Of a DNA stretch of 55,998 nucleotides, positions 45,234-54,910 are shown in pieces. The notes beneath the pieces were generated by a model. The model made no database searches and had not been told where the DNA came from. It saw only the letters and a list, made by a program, of their open reading frames with translations. Position numbers and translations under genes: made by a program. Positions within the stretch are counted from its first letter, which is position 1; every line of letters begins with the position of its first letter. Source of the stretch: a virus. Lineage: Duplodnaviria > Caudoviricetes. Location: positions 1 through 55,998 of IMG/VR virus record IMGVR_UViG_3300006802_000116. One strand, 5' to 3'.

Positions 45234-45719
45234 ATCGAACTCAGCGAGTACGACAAAAGCCGTTGCAGGTGGCACCTCGGCTACAACTCCGGGGCGGGCC
45301 TACCTGCGGGCGATCTAGCGCGACTAGAGGAGGCGATGGCACGCGTGCCAGATAGCTACTTCTACTCACGGGTCATTGAGCACCTCGACCGGTGCGACAA
45401 GGCCTATCGCGTCTCGCAGGTATTCCGAGTCGAGGACCAGCCGCAGCCGAGCCGCATCGAGCGGATCACCGGCGATACGGACCGTGCGATCTATCAGTCC
45501 GATCCGCTGAAAGCGGCGAAGGACTACAGGGAGGTCTACCTGCGGGAGGTCGATCTCTTGGCCGAGACTCTTTACGTGGCGAATTACCGCCGCGAGGAAG
45601 TGCGCCGCTACGCCTTTGAGCGCACCGGCGCGGAATTCATCATGGCCCTCCCGGGGCCAGCAGACACAGCCGTTGGCACGCGAGTCGCGCAGGCCACGGG
45701 TTCCATGAATTGGAGGTAA
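45234..45719 (+). CDS. Head completion/adaptor protein (putative), probably with a non-AUG start
   Basis: Frame is open and coding-like from ATC 45234 (IELSEYDKSRCRWHLGY...PAGDLARLEEAM) ahead of the called ATG at 45336. Confidence 0.55.
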   Translation: MELSEYDKSRCRWHLGYNSGAGLPAGDLARLEEAMARVPDSYFYSRVIEHLDRCDKAYRVSQVFRVEDQPQPSRIERITGDTDRAIYQSDPLKAAKDYREVYLREVDLLAETLYVANYRREEVRRYAFERTGAEFIMALPGPADTAVGTRVAQATGSMNWR

Positions 45720-45723
45720 TTGC

Positions 45724-46929
45724 GTGGCGGCGCAGGGTTGGATCACGGTCCCTGGCAAGGGCAAGCGCTGGCGAGACGGCAGCGGCAAGTTGACCTACAT
45801 GCCACCGGCCTCGGCGGGCGTAGCTGCGCAGTTGTCGGCGCCGGTCGAAGCCGCGTTGAATGGCGCGGTCGATGCACTTAATCGATACGGGGTTGGTATC
45901 ACCCCGGCCGCCAGGGCGGAGTACCTTGGCGCACCCGCGGCTTCCACGGACTGGCGCAAGAACCCTGACGGGTCTCCGCGCATTGGCAACGCGGCGACGG
46001 CGGACCTGATTGCTGGGCAGAACGCCGCGATCAAGGCTTACGACACCCCAGCGCCCGGCCTGACAGCCCCAGCGCCGCAGGTGACGCCAGCAGTGCGGGC
46101 TCGCCAGGAGGCGGTGACCACAATGGCGCAGCAATACGCGCCGCAGGACTACTGGAAGAGCCAGACCGGTGCCGCCCTGGCCGAGGCTGCCAAGAGTGGC
46201 CCTCGCGCCGGAGAGGCGGGTTACGCCCAACGCGCCGATATTCAGGCCTGGATCGAAGCCAATAAGAACGCCCCCAAAGGCGCTGATGGCAAGAACATCG
46301 TCGAGCGCTTCCTCGAGAAGCAGCGAGCTCAGGGCCTGCTCGATGCCTCTGGCGGCGGTGAGGCGTTCTTGGGCGAGCGCGTGGCAATGCCCGTCGACGC
46401 CGAGAGTGCAGCGCAGGCGGCCCGGCGAGGGCTGGTTGGCTTCGAGGGCAATGCCTTGGAGCAGGCCCAGGCCGACGTGGCGCGCCTGCAGGCTGGCGAA
46501 CGCGGCGAGATGATCAGCCGCGCCTTCTCCGGCCGGCTGAGTAGCCCGGAACTCGATCAGCTGCTCGCTAAATACCGAGTCTCGGGCGCCGATCTTGGCG
46601 CTTACGCCGATGCCTTCACCATGAAGCCGAGCGACGTGGCGTTCAACGGCACCGTCAACCTGTCTCCGGGGCAGGGCATGTCCATCGGCCAGCGACCGAT
46701 TGAAGCCCCAGAGGTCCGACAGCACTCCCTGCAAGCAGTCGCTCCTGCGCAACCGGCGCAGGCTGCGTCGACTGGGGCAAGCGGTAGCTTGGGCATGCAG
46801 CCCACCAGCGCCAGTGCCTCTCAGGTTGGCGTAGCGCCGGCACGGAGCGCGGACCCCGTGAATACGCCGAATCCGGCTGACGAACTCGCGCGGCTTCACC
46901 TGACCCGGGCCGCCCGACTGGGTTACTGA
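45724..46929 (+). CDS. Hypothetical virion protein
   Basis: 401 aa, Ala-rich. Confidence 0.55.
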   Translation: MAAQGWITVPGKGKRWRDGSGKLTYMPPASAGVAAQLSAPVEAALNGAVDALNRYGVGITPAARAEYLGAPAASTDWRKNPDGSPRIGNAATADLIAGQNAAIKAYDTPAPGLTAPAPQVTPAVRARQEAVTTMAQQYAPQDYWKSQTGAALAEAAKSGPRAGEAGYAQRADIQAWIEANKNAPKGADGKNIVERFLEKQRAQGLLDASGGGEAFLGERVAMPVDAESAAQAARRGLVGFEGNALEQAQADVARLQAGERGEMISRAFSGRLSSPELDQLLAKYRVSGADLGAYADAFTMKPSDVAFNGTVNLSPGQGMSIGQRPIEAPEVRQHSLQAVAPAQPAQAASTGASGSLGMQPTSASASQVGVAPARSADPVNTPNPADELARLHLTRAARLGY

Positions 46930-46939
46930 GATCATCACC

Positions 46940-47452
46940 ATGACACGCAAACCCGCAGCGAACGCCGCTCAGCCCCTGCCGAACGGGTGGCAGCTAGATC
47001 AGGCGCGTCAGGCGATGGCGAGCAAGTTCTTCACGACGGGCAACGGCGATGGAGTGCCGAAGTCAAACCCGCAAAACTTTGAGTCGTTCCTGGAGCGGCC
47101 CAACCCCGTGGCGCCTGGCTACTCCGGCAACGAATTCGTTCGGGCCAACCCCTACGGAGACGCCATGCAGGCGGCCGTGCTGGACACCCCGCAGTTAACC
47201 CGCCCCGTGCCCGCAGCCGCGCGAGTCATGGCCCCGTCTCCCGCTCCGGGCGCGGAGCAGCAGGTCAACACGCCGGGTTATGGCTTCAACCCGCAGCAGA
47301 GCCCGCTGAACCGGATTGATGTCGCTGCTTATCAGAACGTGCCCCCACCGTTGGGGAGCGGTGGGCCTGCGCAACCGCTTGGGATGTCAACGGGTGTGTC
47401 GCTGGCTGGTAGTGGGCCACAACGAAACGTGCCGCCTCCGCAGGCGACATAG
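46940..47452 (+). CDS. Pro/Gln-rich hypothetical protein
   Basis: 170 aa. Confidence 0.55.
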   Translation: MTRKPAANAAQPLPNGWQLDQARQAMASKFFTTGNGDGVPKSNPQNFESFLERPNPVAPGYSGNEFVRANPYGDAMQAAVLDTPQLTRPVPAAARVMAPSPAPGAEQQVNTPGYGFNPQQSPLNRIDVAAYQNVPPPLGSGGPAQPLGMSTGVSLAGSGPQRNVPPPQAT

Positions 47453-47508
47453 CACGGGAGGATTAGACTGTACGTCATGGCGTGCAGCTGTAGCACGCGG
47501 AGGCAGGA

Positions 47509-48048
47509 GTGGCATCAACCAGTACTTCCAAGCAGCCGATGCTGGTCGACCGGCCGCTACATTCGTTCGCGACAATTGGAGGGGTGGCTGGCCTAACGAC
47601 GGCCACGAACTTCAACACTCCCGCTGCGGCGGGAATGAGTCTGCTGGTCGATTGCAGCTCAAATGATGGAGCCGTGGTCGATGCGCTGTCTGTTGTGATT
47701 ACGGAGTCAACCACGACGACTAGCACGGTACTGGTATTTCTGAGCACCGCATTGACTGCGTCAGCCGTGACTTCGGCTAATTCGGCGTGCGTCGCAAGTG
47801 TGGCGATTCCGGCGGGAAACACGGCGGGTCAACGGGTCAATGTCTCGCTGCCGCCTTTGTGCGTGCCAGTCCCAAACCTGGCGTCGCCGGCTGCAACGAT
47901 TACGACGTATCCAGCAGAGACCGACAAAAAGAACACCGGTCTTTACGTTCCAAGCACGGCTCTCCTTTACGTGGGCGTGACCGCTGCACTGACTACGCCA
48001 AGCGCGAATACGCGAGTGCACGTCTTTGCGCAAGGCGGCTTCTACTGA
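47509..48048 (+). CDS. Putative structural protein
   Basis: STSTSKQPMLVDRP...AQGGFY beta protein. Confidence 0.6.
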   Translation: MASTSTSKQPMLVDRPLHSFATIGGVAGLTTATNFNTPAAAGMSLLVDCSSNDGAVVDALSVVITESTTTTSTVLVFLSTALTASAVTSANSACVASVAIPAGNTAGQRVNVSLPPLCVPVPNLASPAATITTYPAETDKKNTGLYVPSTALLYVGVTAALTTPSANTRVHVFAQGGFY

Positions 48049-48065
48049 TCTAACGGTGAGCGGCG

Positions 48066-48998
48066 ATGGCTGAGAGCAAACAGCAAAGGGAGCAGGCCAG
48101 GAGACTCCTGGAGGACGTTGGCTCGAACCTGGGCCCAAGGGAGGCTGCGAGGATTGCGGAGAGAACGGGTCTCTCTGCCGAAAGGATTGCAGCGATTGCA
48201 GAAAACCGCGGGCTCGACACAAGAAATGCAGTACCAGCTCCAGCCCCGGCTCCAGCTCCAGCTGCACCCCCACCTGCGCAGGCTCCGGCCGCCCCTGCGC
48301 AGGCGCCTAGACCGGCATCTGCGTGGTCAGCGGCTCCGTTGTATCCAGGGATGTCGAATCCATCGACCTGGGAATCGACGCCAACAAAGTATGTAGCGGC
48401 CCCTGGGAGGCCATCCTGGGATCCGGATCGGACCACTACTCCAACTCCAACCCCAACTCCAACTCCAACTCCAACTCCAACTCCAACTCCAACTCCGGCG
48501 CCGATTGACTACAACCAGCTGTTTGCGTCATGGGCGAACGCTTTTGGCGCAATCAGTGCTGGTTCAAGGGTTCCCGACAGAAGCCAGGAGTTAGACAGCC
48601 TTAGATCTGAACTAAGTAGCGTCACGGCCGAACGAGAGGACGCTAAGGCGCGGGCGCAGGAATACGAGAGACAGCGGGAGCAAGAGCGCGGCATGAGCGT
48701 GGACGATCAGTTGCGTAGTCTGCGATCGGGCTATACCGCGTCTGGTGGCTATGGGGCGGGATTGGGAACCTTAGCTAGTGGAGGCGTCGCATATTCAACG
48801 TCGAGCCGACAACGAGAAGGAGACATCTACGAAAGTTACCGGCGCAACATTGACAACGCAGGGATGAGCGAGCGTGATTCGGCGCCAGGGGTAGAAGAAA
48901 TCGAGGTCCAACGGCGGACGCAAGGGAGTGACAGGGGCCGGCGTCGTGCGCTGGCGGCGGGCTCGGTATCGAGCTACTACAGCCGTCGCTTCGGCTGA
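48066..48998 (+). CDS. Protein with PA and PT linker repeats and a coiled coil
   Basis: PAPAPAP and PTPTPT tracts. Confidence 0.6.
   Translation: MAESKQQREQARRLLEDVGSNLGPREAARIAERTGLSAERIAAIAENRGLDTRNAVPAPAPAPAPAAPPPAQAPAAPAQAPRPASAWSAAPLYPGMSNPSTWESTPTKYVAAPGRPSWDPDRTTTPTPTPTPTPTPTPTPTPTPAPIDYNQLFASWANAFGAISAGSRVPDRSQELDSLRSELSSVTAEREDAKARAQEYERQREQERGMSVDDQLRSLRSGYTASGGYGAGLGTLASGGVAYSTSSRQREGDIYESYRRNIDNAGMSERDSAPGVEEIEVQRRTQGSDRGRRRALAAGSVSSYYSRRFG
48438..48497 (+). repeat. Hexanucleotide tandem repeat (ACTCCA)n encoding Thr-Pro
   Basis: About 10 near-perfect units. Confidence 0.85.
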
Positions 48999-50407
48999 TG
49001 GCCAAGGCTTGGGGACCGAAGCTTGACGGCGGATTCAAGCTCGGGTCCGTGCAGCGCTCGCAACGGGCTAAGGCTCCTGGTATCTATCCGTCCAAGGGCG
49101 AGGGCCTGGGTGAGTATGGATCGACGGCCTACCCAACAGTAGTTGAGCAATACAACCGGGTTAGCGACTACAGGCGCTGGCGACTCGGCCAGGAGTATTT
49201 CTTTGGAACAGGGCGAAGCTGGGGGGATTATCAGATCCACTCTCTTGCTCGCTTTGTCACTGGGGCTGTGGATGGCACCTCCAAGGAAGTCACCACGTTG
49301 TTTCCAAGCTCGACCTCGCCAGAACGAGCCTGGTACGCCTCATGCCGGACGAGAGGCTCAATTATTCTGCCCTCACCGCTGACGGCGGCGCAGGTCACGA
49401 CAGATACGTCAAGCCCCGACCCGAGCAACCATACGCTGACACTCAATGTCCTTGGGGTGCTGACCGCGGCGCAGGTGGGGGTGTTCACGATCTTCATTGG
49501 GGATCAATTTGAAGATTCAGCAACCAGCGCCTCGTATCCGGGCGGACTTGTGCAGCGTGACGTCGGCAGCGTGGCATTGACGCTGATCGCGGCAAATCCC
49601 GGCTCGCTGACGCTGGTGTTTGATTTGTCGAGGCCGGCGGGGCGGGTCGAGCGCAACGGGCGGGTGTACTGGGAGAACCTCAGTTACAACCCGGCGAGTC
49701 CGCGTATCTGGCGTACGGGCGCGGGTCGACATCTGTGCAGCAGCTTTAAGTTCTTCTGCTGCTGTCCGGACCACCTGGGCGGCGCCTTGGCCAACCTGGA
49801 GGTGCCGGACAAGGGTCAGCCCCGGGATCGTTTTCCGATGCCGAACGCAGCTCGTGACGTGAATGCGGCATGGGAGCGACAAGGGGCCGGCTATTACCGT
49901 CAGTGGCGCACGCTGCCCAGGCGACGGGACGAAAGGCGGGAGTGCAAGCACATCCATGCCATCCGCTGGGAATGCGGGGTGCCCTGGCTTGAGCCAGACG
50001 ACTATCCGATCGGAGATGATCGGGAGTTCCTGGAGTTCGCGGCTGAGAATGAGCGCCGCTTTTCGAGTGAGGAAATTCTGCAGTATTTCCGGTTGAGGCA
50101 GCTCAACTGGGACCGCTTCGCAATGACAGTGGCCGATGCTGTTGGCATCATCCTGTTCCCAGGCGGCGACCCGCGGGATGCGATCAGACCGGATGCGCGC
50201 CCCCTGCTGTGGAACGACAGCACAGAGCCCCTGGCGATCTGGTGCCGGCAGAACGACTGGTGGCTTGAGCGGGGCACGCAGCGCCTGAAGATCTTCAACG
50301 CAGCGAGCCAGAAATTTGAGTCGACAGTCACCATCGGAGCGACCAGCTATCCTCTGCTGCAGATCGTTGATGCCGGGAGCGCGGGTGCGCCCGTGATCGT
50401 GCCGTGA
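48998..50407 (+). CDS. Protein with SWIM-type zinc finger
   Basis: FFCCCPDH...ECKHIHA. Confidence 0.6.
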   Translation: MAKAWGPKLDGGFKLGSVQRSQRAKAPGIYPSKGEGLGEYGSTAYPTVVEQYNRVSDYRRWRLGQEYFFGTGRSWGDYQIHSLARFVTGAVDGTSKEVTTLFPSSTSPERAWYASCRTRGSIILPSPLTAAQVTTDTSSPDPSNHTLTLNVLGVLTAAQVGVFTIFIGDQFEDSATSASYPGGLVQRDVGSVALTLIAANPGSLTLVFDLSRPAGRVERNGRVYWENLSYNPASPRIWRTGAGRHLCSSFKFFCCCPDHLGGALANLEVPDKGQPRDRFPMPNAARDVNAAWERQGAGYYRQWRTLPRRRDERRECKHIHAIRWECGVPWLEPDDYPIGDDREFLEFAAENERRFSSEEILQYFRLRQLNWDRFAMTVADAVGIILFPGGDPRDAIRPDARPLLWNDSTEPLAIWCRQNDWWLERGTQRLKIFNAASQKFESTVTIGATSYPLLQIVDAGSAGAPVIVP

Positions 50408-50440
50408 GCGGAATTAGAATCGAAAGAAAGGCCCAAGGGT

Positions 50441-51238
50441 ATGCCTGCTAGTAACGACCCTCAGCGCAGGCCGCTTTATATCGATCGCGTCAATAAGCGC
50501 CTGCTCTCGGATCCGCTCGGGGCGGGTGCGTGGCCTGTTGAAGTCCTGCCAGCCGGAGCGTTCTCAACCGCGGGCAGTAATGTCGTCATCGGCAGGTATG
50601 GCGCATCGGGGGCGGCGCAGGAGCTAACGGCCGATGTGACAATCCAGCTGCTGAATACGGCCACCACGGAGGTGATCGCGGCGGTGCGGGTGGCGGCGGG
50701 GAGCACAAGCGCGCCTGGCGTACTGCAGCTAACGGACAGCACCAGCAGCACGAGTACCACAACGGCCGCCACGCCTAATTCAGTCAAGACGGCCTGGGAC
50801 CTGGCCAATGCGGCGCTCCCTAAAGCTGGGGGCGCGATGGGAGGGCTCATCACGTTTGCCGCAGGGCAGACAATTACCGGTTACGGAGCGATTGACGCGG
50901 CGCAGACCTGGACCCGTGGTCAGAGAGCGGAGGTAACGCTGTTGACGGATGCGGCCTCGATCACTATCAACCTAGACGACAGCAACAATTTTGCTGTCAC
51001 GCTCGCCGGTAATCGAGTTCTCAACAACCCAAGCAACATCACGCCAGGTCAGTCGGGCAGTATCTTCATTGCCCAAGACGCAACGGGATCGCGCCTCTTA
51101 TCCTACGAATCGGCGTGGGACTTTGCGGGCGGCGCAGTGCCATCGCTGAGTACAGCGGCGAACGCCGTCGATCGACTGGACTATATCGTTAGAAACTCGA
51201 CAAGCATTCACGCGGTCCTGACGAAGGCGGTGGCATGA
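50441..51238 (+). CDS. Tail fibre protein
   Basis: GVLQLTDSTSSTSTTTAATPNSVK...ALPKAGG fibre repeat; C-terminal QDATGSR...PSLSTAANAVD domain. Confidence 0.8.
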   Translation: MPASNDPQRRPLYIDRVNKRLLSDPLGAGAWPVEVLPAGAFSTAGSNVVIGRYGASGAAQELTADVTIQLLNTATTEVIAAVRVAAGSTSAPGVLQLTDSTSSTSTTTAATPNSVKTAWDLANAALPKAGGAMGGLITFAAGQTITGYGAIDAAQTWTRGQRAEVTLLTDAASITINLDDSNNFAVTLAGNRVLNNPSNITPGQSGSIFIAQDATGSRLLSYESAWDFAGGAVPSLSTAANAVDRLDYIVRNSTSIHAVLTKAVA

Positions 51239-53571
51239 GCGTGTTCCATAACAACATGCTTAGCGGTTCCTCTGGGTCAACTCCAGCGGCGTCTTATCAG
51301 ATCCAGAGGAGCCTGCGCTTCAACAGTAGTGACAGTGCCTACTTGTCCAGAACACCGAGCGTGGCGGGGAACAGGAAGACGTGGACGTGGAGCGGGTGGG
51401 TGAAGCGAACGCAGATAGGCACGTCGCAGATTATTTTTGTTTGCTACATTGATGGTAGCAACTACAGCACTTTCGAGTTCTCCGGCGATCAGCTGCGAGT
51501 GTCAAACACTGTAGGAGCCGTCGATAAGTCTGCGCTACTAACTTCGCAAGTGTTCAGGGACACAAATAGTTGGTATCACTTGGTGGTTGCGGCAAACAGT
51601 TCTTCGTCCCTAAAGATGTATGTCAATGGGGTAGAGGTAACGCAATTCCAAGTAGTCATTGGGCCAGATGCAACTGACTGGTTCTACAACTCGACAAATG
51701 CCCACAACATTGGCCGTTACTCCGCCGGATACTATTTCTCCGGCTACCTCGCCGACATCCACTTCATCGACGGCCAGGCCCTAACCCCCAGCAGCTTCGG
51801 CCAGACCGATGCCACCACGGGTGAGTGGGTTCCGATTGCTTATACCGGCACCTACGGCACCAACGGGTTCAAGCTGAACTTCTCCAATAACTCAGCTGCT
51901 ACTGCCACCACACTTGGCGCTGATAGTAGTGGGAATGGGAACAACTGGACGCCGAATAACCTCAGTGTCACCGCCGGCGCAGGCAACGACTCCCTCGTCG
52001 ATACACCCACCAGCTACGGCACCGATACGGGTGTTGGTGGGGAGGTGCGGGGGAACTATTGCACGTTGAATCCGCTTACTGGTGGAGGAGGTGCGCTAAC
52101 TAATGGAAATCTTGATTACACGGTCAGCGCTGGTACTTTCACCAGTGGCTCGATACGTGTCAGCTCGGGTAGTTGGTATTACGAGTTTTCGCTTACCGCT
52201 ACAGGGGGATCAGGGCGCTGGTGGGGGGGATTTATAGATGAGTCACAGGGCGATAGCTTTGGTTATGCCACTAAATCGTTGATGTACGCCAACGATGGTG
52301 TTAACGGCAATAATGCCGCAAGCGGAGCGACATTTACTACTGGCGACATCATAGGAGTTGCTCTTAATGCCTCCACTGGGTCTGCAACTTTTTACAAAAA
52401 CGGAGTGTCGCAATTTACGATGAACTCCGGTTTGAGCGGTGCTACTTGGCGACCTGTTGTGGGATCCGGTGGTGCTACCTGGACCGGTGTTGTCAACTTC
52501 GGCCAACGCCCCTTCGCCTACACCGCCCCCAGCGGCTTCAAGGCGTTGTGCGACACCAACCTGCCCGCCCCGACCATCGTGAAGCCGAACACGGTGATGG
52601 ATGTGAAGCTGATCACGGCAAACAACAGCACGCAGACGATCAGCGGATTTGCGTTCAGCCCTGACTTGGTGTGGACTAAATCACGATCAAACGCTTACTC
52701 TCACTATCTTTACGACACCGTTCGTGGGGTTCAAAAGCCACTGATTAGCAATGCTACAAATGGAGAGGCAACCATTGCAACATCTCTGACTGCTTTCAAT
52801 TCAGACGGATTTACCCTTGGCCCAGATGATGGTGCCAACTACCAAACGGGTACAGGTGCCGCCTGGTGCTGGGACGCTGGTTCGTCTAACGTCGTCAACA
52901 CACAAGGCACCATCACTTCTACGGTGAGGGCTAATGCGAGTTCGGGGTGCTCGATATGCACGTTCACGACTCAAAGCACCGGAACAGGAACATTCGGGCA
53001 TGGGTTAAACGTTGCCCCATCGCTTGTCATTACAAAGGCTCGTGCCGTAGCAAACGACTGGATCACCTATCACGCCTCTGTTGGTAACACTGGGGCACTG
53101 CTTCTCAACAGTACAGCCGCCACTGACACGCAGAGCTTCTACTGGAACAACACAACACCAAGCTCGACAGTCGTTACTCTTGGCACAGGTTTTGCCGGCA
53201 GTAATTCGCTTGTCGCCTACTGCTTCGCCCCAGTAGCCGGGTACTCTTCTTTCGGCAGCTACACCGGCAATGGCAGCTCAGATGGTCCTTTCGTGTTCTG
53301 TAATTTCCGTCCGCGGTGGGTGATGATTAAAAGCTCAAGCAATGCTTATTACTGGATTATTTATGATGCAGCTAGAGATGCGTACAACGCCGCGAGCAAA
53401 GAGCTATTCCCTAACGATAGTTTGGCTGAAACAGTTGTCCCTCGTGACATTGATTTCTTGTCTAACGGATTTAAGTTAAGGAACACAGGGACCACAGATA
53501 ACCAATCGGGAGCCACCTACATCTACGCCGCCTTCGCTGAATCGCCATTTCAGTTTGCTAGAGCAAGATAG
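51235..53571 (+). CDS. Tail fibre/receptor-binding protein with LamG/ConA-like and SPRY-like domains
   Basis: SLRFNSSDSAYLSRT, TWTWSGWVKR, WYHLVV, GSWYYEF, GDIIGVAL, VNFGQRPF, YTGNGS repeats. Confidence 0.82.
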   Translation: MSVFHNNMLSGSSGSTPAASYQIQRSLRFNSSDSAYLSRTPSVAGNRKTWTWSGWVKRTQIGTSQIIFVCYIDGSNYSTFEFSGDQLRVSNTVGAVDKSALLTSQVFRDTNSWYHLVVAANSSSSLKMYVNGVEVTQFQVVIGPDATDWFYNSTNAHNIGRYSAGYYFSGYLADIHFIDGQALTPSSFGQTDATTGEWVPIAYTGTYGTNGFKLNFSNNSAATATTLGADSSGNGNNWTPNNLSVTAGAGNDSLVDTPTSYGTDTGVGGEVRGNYCTLNPLTGGGGALTNGNLDYTVSAGTFTSGSIRVSSGSWYYEFSLTATGGSGRWWGGFIDESQGDSFGYATKSLMYANDGVNGNNAASGATFTTGDIIGVALNASTGSATFYKNGVSQFTMNSGLSGATWRPVVGSGGATWTGVVNFGQRPFAYTAPSGFKALCDTNLPAPTIVKPNTVMDVKLITANNSTQTISGFAFSPDLVWTKSRSNAYSHYLYDTVRGVQKPLISNATNGEATIATSLTAFNSDGFTLGPDDGANYQTGTGAAWCWDAGSSNVVNTQGTITSTVRANASSGCSICTFTTQSTGTGTFGHGLNVAPSLVITKARAVANDWITYHASVGNTGALLLNSTAATDTQSFYWNNTTPSSTVVTLGTGFAGSNSLVAYCFAPVAGYSSFGSYTGNGSSDGPFVFCNFRPRWVMIKSSSNAYYWIIYDAARDAYNAASKELFPNDSLAETVVPRDIDFLSNGFKLRNTGTTDNQSGATYIYAAFAESPFQFARAR

Positions 53572-53574
53572 GCT

Positions 53575-54126
53575 ATGTCAAGAGGACGTTTTGCAAAAGA
53601 CCTAGTTGGACAGAAGTTCAACCGCTGGACTGTTATTGCTCGCACAGATCGCCGCGCAGGCAATGGAGGTTTTTATTGGAAGGTCCAATGTGAGTGCGGG
53701 ACCGAAGGCGAGGTGTACACACAAAGCTTGACTTCCGGCAAGTCAAAATCATGTGGCTGTTACGGACGCGACAACAGCAAAAAGCGCATGACCAAGCACG
53801 GCGCTGCTAAGCGTGGATCGCCTGGCTACGAAGCCTATGTGCGCAAGATCCACGAGAAGCGGAAGTATGGGTTAACGCCGGAAATGAAACAACAGCTTCT
53901 CTGGCAACAGCATGATGCCTGTGCAATTTGCGGTTACGAGTTTGGGCAGAAACTTGGCGACTACCACATTGATCACTGCCATGAAACTGGCGTTGTGCGT
54001 GGCATCCTTTGTGATCGCTGCAATCGTGGGCTTGGGTATTTTCGTGACACACCGGATTTCCTTCGGCAAGCAGCTACCTACCTGAGCCCACAAGGGAACA
54101 CGACTTCCGGGCTTCGCCCTATGTAA
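53575..54126 (+). CDS. Endonuclease VII-type HNH homing endonuclease
   Basis: N-terminal DLVGQKFNRWTVI...W..QCECG; C-terminal CAICG...IDHCHETGVVRGILCDRCNRGLG.F.D. Confidence 0.85.
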   Translation: MSRGRFAKDLVGQKFNRWTVIARTDRRAGNGGFYWKVQCECGTEGEVYTQSLTSGKSKSCGCYGRDNSKKRMTKHGAAKRGSPGYEAYVRKIHEKRKYGLTPEMKQQLLWQQHDACAICGYEFGQKLGDYHIDHCHETGVVRGILCDRCNRGLGYFRDTPDFLRQAATYLSPQGNTTSGLRPM

Positions 54127-54142
54127 CACCGCGTTATCGACC

Positions 54143-54634
54143 ATGTTTCTACTCGATGGCAGGCCACTATCCCCTGACGTGGCGTTCACGGCGACTGACG
54201 CTGAGGGCAAGGTCGTCCAGTACCCGCCTAACTGGTTGCGTCTGGCAACGCCGGAAGAGCGAGCGGCAATTGGCATCACAGAGGTGCCTGATCCGCCGGT
54301 CTACGACCAGCGCTTCTACTGGGGGTACGACCAGGACGGAAACCTGATCCCGAAAGACCACGCACAACTCGTTGCGCAGTGGAGTGCAGCGACCCGGCAA
54401 ACGGCAAATACGTTGCTGTCCCCCACGGATTGGATCATTATCCGCGAGTCCGACAACGGTGTTCCAGCCGATCAGGGCATCAAGGCCTGGCGAGAAGCTG
54501 TTCGGCTGTCGGCTGGCAGCAAGGTTTTTGAGATTGAGCAGACGACGGACACCGCCTCCCTAGCTGCCTACATCACGGGTGCCGACTACTCGGCTTGGCC
54601 GATAGAGGGCGATTCAGGTCTTTCTAGAATCTAG
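54143..54634 (+). CDS. Tail fibre assembly chaperone-like protein
   Basis: QYPPNWLRL...ERAAIGITE, LLSPTDWIIIR...WREAVR. Confidence 0.7.
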   Translation: MFLLDGRPLSPDVAFTATDAEGKVVQYPPNWLRLATPEERAAIGITEVPDPPVYDQRFYWGYDQDGNLIPKDHAQLVAQWSAATRQTANTLLSPTDWIIIRESDNGVPADQGIKAWREAVRLSAGSKVFEIEQTTDTASLAAYITGADYSAWPIEGDSGLSRI

Positions 54635-54656
54635 GCAAGACATAGCGTACGGTTCC

Positions 54657-54902
54657 ATGCCTGCGGTGCGTATCGGCGGTCGGACCTATGAAGAGGTCGC
54701 CGTCACAACAAGGTCGGGATCTCCGCTGCCGGTGTTCAGTGGCTTGCAGATCCCTGCCCACGATTACGCAAGCTTGAGCTACACCGGCAGCAATCTCACT
54801 GGCGTGGTCTACAAAACAGGCGGCGCCGGCGGGACGACCGTGGCCACCTTGACGCTGGCGTACGACGGCAGCAACAACCTGATCTCCGTCACCAAGAGCT
54901 GA
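54657..54902 (+). CDS. Small structural protein
   Basis: IPAHDY..LSYTGSNLT.V.YK.GG...VATLTLAYD. Confidence 0.65.
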   Translation: MPAVRIGGRTYEEVAVTTRSGSPLPVFSGLQIPAHDYASLSYTGSNLTGVVYKTGGAGGTTVATLTLAYDGSNNLISVTKS

Positions 54903-54910
54903 GGTAGGAC

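Larger units (their letters stand above)
22049..54630 (+). promoter_or_regulatory. Recurrent TAGA(A/C/T)T -10-like boxes before late genes
   Basis: At 22049, 25054, 28321, 31451, 36108, 37577, 45204, 47464, 50415, 54625; variants at 29562, 32999, 44720. Confidence 0.6.
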
